64,000 nucleotides of DNA from a virus. This document shows positions 57,388 to 64,000 of the stretch, in pieces. The position numbers were made by a program, and so were the translations under genes. Below the pieces are notes generated by a model. That model searched no databases. It had not been told where the DNA came from and worked only from the letters and a program-made list of their open reading frames with translations. The DNA is taken from positions 45,151 through 109,150 of IMG/VR virus record IMGVR_UViG_3300000976_000009, one strand, 5' to 3'. Position 1 is the first letter of the stretch; each line of letters begins with the position of its first letter.

Positions 57388-59454
57388 ATGGCAGATTTTA
57401 ATTGTGAAGATATTAATGGTTTAAGTGTATCTCAATTCGTATTTAACGAAGATGGGACAGTATCTGGTATTGTATCAACTGGTTCCACAACAAATGACCC
57501 ACAAACAAACCCAACCCAAACAACATACCCACAAACAAGGGGTGCTTTTACAAGGTCTGAGGGCACAACATTATCACCTATTAGTGAGACATGTTGTAAT
57601 GCCCTTAATTTTCTTTGGGATAATTCAACTAATACTTGTTATTGGAGTGAAACTTGCGAGCAAGGACCAGATTTTAAAATAACATTAGGTGCTAAAGGTA
57701 ATGATGGTGCTTGGTTTCAGATTGACGAAAATGAAAGTTGTCACTTAGAAGTTGAGTTCGATTATTTATTTCAATTTGATTGTGATACACTTATGGGTTG
57801 TTTACAAGAAGAAGTTCAAGGTGATACAGGTGTTGGTGATTTAGAAAATATAATTAATGAAAGGCAGAATGATATTAATAGAATAAATGAAACTATTACT
57901 GAATTAAAAGACCAAATAACTAAACAAGAAGAATTTTGTCAAAATTCTGAAATTAATTACAATACACAACTTAATGAAAAGCAAATCGAGTGTGATAAAT
58001 ATCTTAAAAATATTGATAATTTCGATGCTTTAATTAGAAATTCACAAGGTAGGGAAGAAATAGCCTCTTATGAGGCACAAAAACAAGTTTATACAACAAT
58101 GTATGATAGGTGTCGTTCTGAAATTAGGTTATTACAAGAAGAGGTATTTAAATCACAATCTGATTGTGATAATCAACTAAAAATATTAAATAGTTCCATA
58201 TCCAAATATGAAGATACTTTATCATCAACACAAGAAGAATTAGCAATATTTAATGGTAGGTTAGAAGAATTAGCAAGTAGAGCAAATCCAACTAGAGAGG
58301 GTGTAGCAAATTGTTTAAGTATATTCTCTGGATTATCAGTGTGTGTTACCTTAGATAAGATTGGAATGAGAGATAGTGATGAACACACCTCATATGAGAA
58401 CCCAACAACATTAACAACAGTATTCGAAGAACAACTTTACCAAGTGACAGATATTGTTGATTATTTCTCTAATAATTGTAATACTGGTTTATTAGTGACT
58501 GGTGACACAAGGTGTATGGAACAGTTGGAACAATGTATTATCTATAATTTAAGTGGTGATTGTGGTGTTTATAGTGCATGTACCTTAGATTCAGATTGGT
58601 TACACCATAAATTTACAATTACTGATGAAGAAACACTTTCTGGTATAACAAATGAAAAAGTTAAACTTGGTTTTGTTATTAAAAACTGTGAATGTGATTT
58701 TTCAATATTAATTGATAGAATTGAAATAAATAAGGTTTGTACGACAACTGATAGGGAAGATATATACGTATCTAAATGTCCAAGCTTTGAAATTGAAAGG
58801 GTTTGTGATAATAAAAAATCTTGGGTTGCTGAGGAAGAAAAACAAGATAGAGACTTCTTCTTCCCAACAAGGGAAACAGATTATGATATTAATCACCATA
58901 AATTAGCGGTTAACACTAAAGAAGTTGATTTAGATGTTAGTCCAGCTAATGCCATTGAAACCGATATTTGGTGTTATATTACTGATAATGAAACATTATT
59001 AGATTGTTCCACTGGAACCACATCAATCACATGTAGTACAGCATATGATTTTGGTTCAATATTATCAGCACAAACGTTGAGTTGTGATAGTGGATATACT
59101 GATACATGTTCTGTAATTAGTAATTGGGGGATTGAAGTTACTCTAGATTGTAAAACTATTTATAGTAATAATACTTTCTATAGTGGGACAACTATTACTG
59201 ATGCCCCAACTGAGGTAGATTACATATTAGAACTAAGTGGTATTGCAACTACTTTAGGATTAGAATTTACATCTGGTGCAACTGGTGTTATCTTTACGGA
59301 TTATGTTGATTGTACAGGTATAAGATTTATTAATAATAATTTCAAAGTTGATTTAACTTTGGATATAACAACGGATTGTACTGTAAGTACAAAACAGTTC
59401 CAAGATAATGAAATTTTCACATTTCAAAATGGAACTAATTATGACTTTAATTAA
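57388..59454 (+). CDS. Cys-rich coiled-coil tail/fibre-attachment protein
   Basis: About 130-aa coiled coil with periodic Cys; ends KQFQDNEIFTFQNGTNYDFN. Confidence 0.5.
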   Translation: MADFNCEDINGLSVSQFVFNEDGTVSGIVSTGSTTNDPQTNPTQTTYPQTRGAFTRSEGTTLSPISETCCNALNFLWDNSTNTCYWSETCEQGPDFKITLGAKGNDGAWFQIDENESCHLEVEFDYLFQFDCDTLMGCLQEEVQGDTGVGDLENIINERQNDINRINETITELKDQITKQEEFCQNSEINYNTQLNEKQIECDKYLKNIDNFDALIRNSQGREEIASYEAQKQVYTTMYDRCRSEIRLLQEEVFKSQSDCDNQLKILNSSISKYEDTLSSTQEELAIFNGRLEELASRANPTREGVANCLSIFSGLSVCVTLDKIGMRDSDEHTSYENPTTLTTVFEEQLYQVTDIVDYFSNNCNTGLLVTGDTRCMEQLEQCIIYNLSGDCGVYSACTLDSDWLHHKFTITDEETLSGITNEKVKLGFVIKNCECDFSILIDRIEINKVCTTTDREDIYVSKCPSFEIERVCDNKKSWVAEEEKQDRDFFFPTRETDYDINHHKLAVNTKEVDLDVSPANAIETDIWCYITDNETLLDCSTGTTSITCSTAYDFGSILSAQTLSCDSGYTDTCSVISNWGIEVTLDCKTIYSNNTFYSGTTITDAPTEVDYILELSGIATTLGLEFTSGATGVIFTDYVDCTGIRFINNNFKVDLTLDITTDCTVSTKQFQDNEIFTFQNGTNYDFN

Positions 59455-59465
59455 AAAAGAATAAA

Positions 59466-60491
59466 ATGGCAATATTAACAGACCAAAACCTATTTAGTGG
59501 TACACCATCAGATAATGATTTAATTCATATAGTAGATGTTAGTGACCCAACAGATAACCCGCAAGGTTCATCATTTAAAATACCATTAAGTGGTTTAACT
59601 AATTATTTCACACCTAACAATTATTGGGTTTCTGGTTCAACTGGTAATAATTCATTGAAAACATTAAATATCACAGGTACTGATGCAACAGGTCATTATG
59701 GTTTTGCTACTGGGGCTGACACACTAGCTAGTGGTATAGCATCAGTTTCAATGAATGATACAACAGTTGCTAGCGGTTCAGCAGCAACATCATTTGGTAT
59801 AACAACAGTTGCTGGTGGTCAAGCATCTTTAGCTAGTGGTGATGAAACATATGCATTTGGTTATGCAACATTTACAGAAGGTAATAGTACTTATGCTTAT
59901 GGTTCTTATTCACATTCTGGTGGTCAAGGTTCAATAACTAGTGGTGTAACATCATTTGCACATGGTATTAATCTATTAGTGGATGCAGATGCATCTGCCA
60001 TATTAGGTGGTAATGGAAATCGTTTAACTAATTTGGCAATTAATTCTGTAATACTTGGTGGAACAAATATTACTGGTGAAACCGCAAATACGGTCTACAC
60101 ACCCAACATTATTAATAATGGTCACATTATTACTGGTGGTCAACAAGTGGCAACTAAAGTTGATACTGGTGGTGTTATTTATTCAGTAACAAATGATGAT
60201 TATTATCTTAGGTCAACATGTCTTTCAGCAAATAGCACTTATAATTTACCTAGCTCACCACCAGATGGTCAAAAATTAATCATTTACAAAAATGGTGGTA
60301 CTGCTTTTTCAATATTTGTTAATTCACCATCAGCAAGTAGTATTAAAGCGTGTGGTAATAATTCATCTTATAATACATTACAAATATCTGGTACAAATGC
60401 ATTAGTTAATTTAATTTATGATTTAGACTTAGGTGCTTGGGTGGTAATAACATCATGTGGTGGTACACTAACATATGGTACAACAATTTAA
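59466..60491 (+). CDS. Tail fibre/receptor-binding protein with YadA-head-like repeats
   Basis: About 14-residue A-x-G-x2-S-x-A-x-G repeats at about 59640-59990. Confidence 0.65.
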   Translation: MAILTDQNLFSGTPSDNDLIHIVDVSDPTDNPQGSSFKIPLSGLTNYFTPNNYWVSGSTGNNSLKTLNITGTDATGHYGFATGADTLASGIASVSMNDTTVASGSAATSFGITTVAGGQASLASGDETYAFGYATFTEGNSTYAYGSYSHSGGQGSITSGVTSFAHGINLLVDADASAILGGNGNRLTNLAINSVILGGTNITGETANTVYTPNIINNGHIITGGQQVATKVDTGGVIYSVTNDDYYLRSTCLSANSTYNLPSSPPDGQKLIIYKNGGTAFSIFVNSPSASSIKACGNNSSYNTLQISGTNALVNLIYDLDLGAWVVITSCGGTLTYGTTI

Positions 60492-60497
60492 TAAATT

Positions 60498-61478
60498 ATG
60501 ACAAATTGTAAAAGTGTAATAACGTTATGTGATGAGAATTTTAACTCATGTGGTGATTTAGGTGTTAACATGCAAGAAATGTTGACTACTGATGTTAGTG
60601 ATATGACCACAGTTAAAGAGTTTGGTAATACTTTGTGTTCGGAATTAATTGATGTGAAAAGTAGAAAGACAATCTCGTCATACCCAACACTTAGGGCATT
60701 ATATGATAGATATAGGGATGGATTCCAAAGTAACCCAAAAAGTTCAGCTTTCGATTATTATAAAATGGATAATTTTGTTTCATTGGTTGGTGATTATTGG
60801 GTTGACTTGATTGAACAAGTGGTCCCATCAACAACAATATGGGGTTCAACAATTAAATATAGGAATACAATATTTGATAAAGATAAATTTAAATATAAGC
60901 AATACACATTATTCACTTGCCAGAATGTAGATGGAATCCAATACCCAAGCCCGACCAGTGGATATAACCCAACAGTTGAGGTAATAACTAGGGATATTGG
61001 TGTCCCACAATATGTGGGACCAGAATGTTTAGCTCCAACAAGTGAAACAACAATTTGTTCTGGAGTAACAGTACAACAAATTAATTATGGTTCTGAGTTT
61101 ATTGGTACCGTAACAATTATTGGTGATACAACATCCTCAAATCCAACTGGGACAACAGGTGATATACCAATTGAAATAACTGAATGTGATTTAGTTATTA
61201 ATAATCTTACATTTAGTACAAATAAAGGTGATGGTACAATTCTAACACCAAATTTTGTTGGTGGTACGGCACCTTATACATACAGTTGGGTAATACCAGT
61301 ACAACAAGGTCAATTTAGTGATTGGGGATTTGAGAATGGAAATAATACAGGTGCGACAATAACATTAACAGGTACAACCACACCACCAATTAGTGATGAG
61401 GATAGAATTTGTATATCGTTAGGTATGACAGATATTAATGGATGTACATACGGGATGAGTCAATGTTTCCCTCAGTAA
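60498..61478 (+). CDS. Putative structural protein with C-terminal SprB/PKD-like unit
   Basis: GGTAPYTYSW...MTDINGC near the C-terminus. Confidence 0.5.
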   Translation: MTNCKSVITLCDENFNSCGDLGVNMQEMLTTDVSDMTTVKEFGNTLCSELIDVKSRKTISSYPTLRALYDRYRDGFQSNPKSSAFDYYKMDNFVSLVGDYWVDLIEQVVPSTTIWGSTIKYRNTIFDKDKFKYKQYTLFTCQNVDGIQYPSPTSGYNPTVEVITRDIGVPQYVGPECLAPTSETTICSGVTVQQINYGSEFIGTVTIIGDTTSSNPTGTTGDIPIEITECDLVINNLTFSTNKGDGTILTPNFVGGTAPYTYSWVIPVQQGQFSDWGFENGNNTGATITLTGTTTPPISDEDRICISLGMTDINGCTYGMSQCFPQ

Positions 61479-61491
61479 GATATTTATTATT

Positions 61492-61731
61492 ATGCCAGCA
61501 TTATTAAGACAAATAGAAGCAAATATTTTAGATAATTTCACTAGTGAAGTCAATATGATGACTATTAGTGGAACTATTGGTATGGAGGATTATATTAAGA
61601 TAGGTTCATTTGAAGCTATCTTACAAATTTTTTCTAATGCACAAGAATTGGAAATGTACGATACTCCATCAGAATTTGGGTTATTAAGAAATAAAAAAGA
61701 AGAGTTTATTGAACTTCAAATATCATATTAA
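61492..61731 (+). CDS. Small hypothetical protein
   Basis: 79 aa; TATTTAT at 61481-61487 just upstream. Confidence 0.5.
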   Translation: MPALLRQIEANILDNFTSEVNMMTISGTIGMEDYIKIGSFEAILQIFSNAQELEMYDTPSEFGLLRNKKEEFIELQISY

Positions 61732-63167
61732 TGAGACATCAACAGAAAATATATAACCAAAATGGTAATTTCATGAGAAACAAGAATTCACTAAATGTTA
61801 ATATGAGTTCTGATGTATGCATTTTTAGTGCACCAACATTTAATATGGGGGGTGCGACTAAGATTGAGACTGGGACAACATCTGCCTCAACTGGTGTTTA
61901 TATTGTAGAGGATAATTCTGGTGAAATTAGTTTACTATTTAATTTTACTGGTGATACATCATCTTTAGATTCAAAATCTGAGTTTAAATATGAAATTTAT
62001 AAGTATGATTATAATAAACAAGTATTCTTAGAACCAGCATTAATTAAATCTGGAGATATACCATATAGTGCATTTAGTGCAACATTAATATTAGACCAAA
62101 CAATATCAATTAGTGAATTGAATCACGATGGTGAATATTTGGTTAAAGGATATTATAGTCATGGGGTGTGTACCGATATACTTAGTAGGCTTGGTGAGAG
62201 AGATGACACATCATTTTATAAAAAGGGGTCTTTATATGGGTTATATAACCCATCAACAGATTATAGTTTTGCGGTTATAGAAATGGCTAAGACACCAATA
62301 TTCACAACAACCACAGGTGCAAATAGTAGACCATTAGGTTCGCTAGTAGTAAAAACACAATTTCCAGAAGATGGTGAAAGAGAATTTCCAATAACTATTG
62401 ATGTTAATGGGGAATTATTAGTTTACCTAAACGGTATTATGTTAGCTGAGGATTTAGATTACGTATTAACATCTAATGATACTTTACTAAGATTAACTGG
62501 TGAAACATTTAGTGGTGATGTATTAACTTATGTTGCAGTATCAGACTCAGAATCAAATGGGTTAGTGGTTGATACGATTGAGGTACAGGACCCAATACCA
62601 AGTGGTGTAACGGATGCCCAAGGGTTAAGTAAATATTACTACAACACAACCCAAAGGAAATATGAACTTTACACAGTATTAACACCATTAGATAGTAATA
62701 ATGTTGTTGTAACATTAAATGGTGCAACATTGGCACCATTTGTTGACTATTACCAATCAACTAGTAATCCTAATAGGATAATTCTTGAGGGTAATTTATT
62801 AGATGGTGATATAATAAATGTGGTTTACAATGCTTACCCATCATATGTTGGTGAGGTATTTACAAACACCCCATTAATAATTTGGACAATTCCAGCACCA
62901 CAATCTGATAATGGTATATTCACAGTTGAGGTTGGTACTGATTCAACATTTAATAAACTTGTCGCTACAGCACAAACTGAATATGTTGCAAATGAAGTTT
63001 CTTATTCATCTGAAATAACATTAACTGGTTCAGTTGGGACAAACTTAGTTTATAGGGTTTTAAATGAAAAGAATTACGTTACGTTAGATGGTGATATTAT
63101 AACAACTAGTGCATATAGTGAGGTGGTACCAATAACAATTATGTCAAATAGTATAAATTCCTACTAA
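61731..63167 (+). CDS. Putative tail structural protein with two V-x-LNG-x2-L-x4-DY repeats
   Basis: VYLNGIMLAEDLDY and VTLNGATLAPFVDY. Confidence 0.55.
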   Translation: MRHQQKIYNQNGNFMRNKNSLNVNMSSDVCIFSAPTFNMGGATKIETGTTSASTGVYIVEDNSGEISLLFNFTGDTSSLDSKSEFKYEIYKYDYNKQVFLEPALIKSGDIPYSAFSATLILDQTISISELNHDGEYLVKGYYSHGVCTDILSRLGERDDTSFYKKGSLYGLYNPSTDYSFAVIEMAKTPIFTTTTGANSRPLGSLVVKTQFPEDGEREFPITIDVNGELLVYLNGIMLAEDLDYVLTSNDTLLRLTGETFSGDVLTYVAVSDSESNGLVVDTIEVQDPIPSGVTDAQGLSKYYYNTTQRKYELYTVLTPLDSNNVVVTLNGATLAPFVDYYQSTSNPNRIILEGNLLDGDIINVVYNAYPSYVGEVFTNTPLIIWTIPAPQSDNGIFTVEVGTDSTFNKLVATAQTEYVANEVSYSSEITLTGSVGTNLVYRVLNEKNYVTLDGDIITTSAYSEVVPITIMSNSINSY

Positions 63168-63228
63168 TTTTATTGACTTAGTGGTATTTATAATTAAGAT
63201 AAAGGGATTAAAAAGATATTTATAAGAT

Positions 63229-64000
63229 ATGAGTTACATTATTAACAATACAGATGCATACATCAATTCAAAATTGACTGAGCTAGGTAGGCAAAAGCTT
63301 GCACAGGGAACACTTAATTTCTCATTCTGGGCAATTGGTGATTCTGAGATTAATTACGATAGGGAAGCGATTTTAGATGCAAATCCAACAGATATTACAC
63401 TATCAGCCCAAACGAGAATTTTGAGACCTAAAGATAGACAACCAAACATTAAGTCTTGGATACATAGTGGTACAACAACCGATATGGTAAATCCACTACA
63501 ACCAATGACTGGTGCTAATATTAAAACGATGAAAGTTATCGTTAATAATGAAGCAACTGAGAGAGGGTTCTTTAGTGGTGATTCAACAACTGGTTGGACA
63601 ACATTGAGTGACACACCTTACACACTTGGTTCTGGAACAATAAGTGATACAGTTATTAGTGGTGGAACTACGTTGGAAATAGGTACAGCAACAACTAGAA
63701 ACGTTGGTGATAATATTTTAATTAAATTATCTAATAGTACTATTGGTATGGTTGCGACAAATACAAATGTTGAACCAATCCCACATTTGTGGTATAAGAT
63801 ACAATCTACTTCTGGTAGTAGCATCACTGTAGATAGAGAATTACCAAATATGAATGGTTCTGGTGGTACATTAGTCCAATATATTATATATGCTGGTGGT
63901 GAGGTAGCCACAGCGTTTGGTTCTGATAGTTCAACATCATATTGGGATTCTGGAACACTTTCATTTGATAGCGCATGTGATATTTCTTGTTCTGATGTCC
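63229..64000 (+). CDS. Structural protein, partial (runs off right edge; not in ORF track)
   Basis: MSYIINNTDAYINSKLTELGRQKLAQGTLNFSFWAIGDSEINY...; TATTTAT at 63217-63223. Confidence 0.7.
   Translation, partial: MSYIINNTDAYINSKLTELGRQKLAQGTLNFSFWAIGDSEINYDREAILDANPTDITLSAQTRILRPKDRQPNIKSWIHSGTTTDMVNPLQPMTGANIKTMKVIVNNEATERGFFSGDSTTGWTTLSDTPYTLGSGTISDTVISGGTTLEIGTATTRNVGDNILIKLSNSTIGMVATNTNVEPIPHLWYKIQSTSGSSITVDRELPNMNGSGGTLVQYIIYAGGEVATAFGSDSSTSYWDSGTLSFDSACDISCSDV

Larger units (their letters stand above)
1..64000. mobile_element. Segment of a large T4-like/jumbo myovirus genome (tail, baseplate and replication modules)
   Basis: Sheath, tube, baseplate, tape measure and neck genes sit with SSB, RecA, helicase and RNR. 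No host housekeeping genes or integrase seen; dense coding. Confidence 0.95.

Noticed and set aside
1158-63911. Many antisense or alternate-frame ORFs in the track (e.g. 8113-8607, 18806-19513, 23454-24110, 34815-35360, 63354-63911)
   Set aside because: They lie wholly within well-supported genes and have shadow-type composition without motifs.
1-64000. Stop-codon reassignment (TAG/TGA), as in some large phages
   Set aside because: Long genes are intact in the standard code; the TAG at 53632 is followed by an in-frame TGA within a few codons.
1-64000. tRNA, rRNA or CRISPR arrays
   Set aside because: Intergenic gaps are short and AT-rich, with no cloverleaf or spaced repeats seen.

Overview
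AT-rich, almost fully coding segment of a large T4-like/jumbo myovirus (contractile-tail dsDNA phage) genome, read in the standard genetic code. Order: neck/tail-terminator genes interrupted by an SNF2 helicase and glutaredoxin; a fibre-like cluster with a membrane protein and a patatin; tail sheath and tube; gp26/gp51-like chaperones; tape measure; baseplate hub; a replication block (gp32-like SSB, RecA/UvsX, 5'-3' exonuclease, DnaB/gp41 helicase, class II RNR); then baseplate wedge and tail-fibre genes running off the right edge. TTTG-N19/20-TAnnTTTG promoters, SprB-type repeats and the patatin point to a Bacteroidota host (inference). Best leads: (1) a candidate +1/-2 programmed frameshift at GTTTTTTTGG joining the two tail chaperone ORFs; (2) an envelope-engaging toolkit, with an OmpA-like domain spliced into a tube-initiator protein, a second OmpA-like protein with a prohead-protease-type leader, and a hub fused to two peptidoglycan hydrolases; (3) a TATTTAT late-promoter candidate; (4) a small RHH gene missed by the ORF track, with operator-like palindromes facing the sheath gene; (5) a pervasive (S/T)-G-x-T motif in virion proteins. 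Product calls come from motif recognition only; no database search was run.
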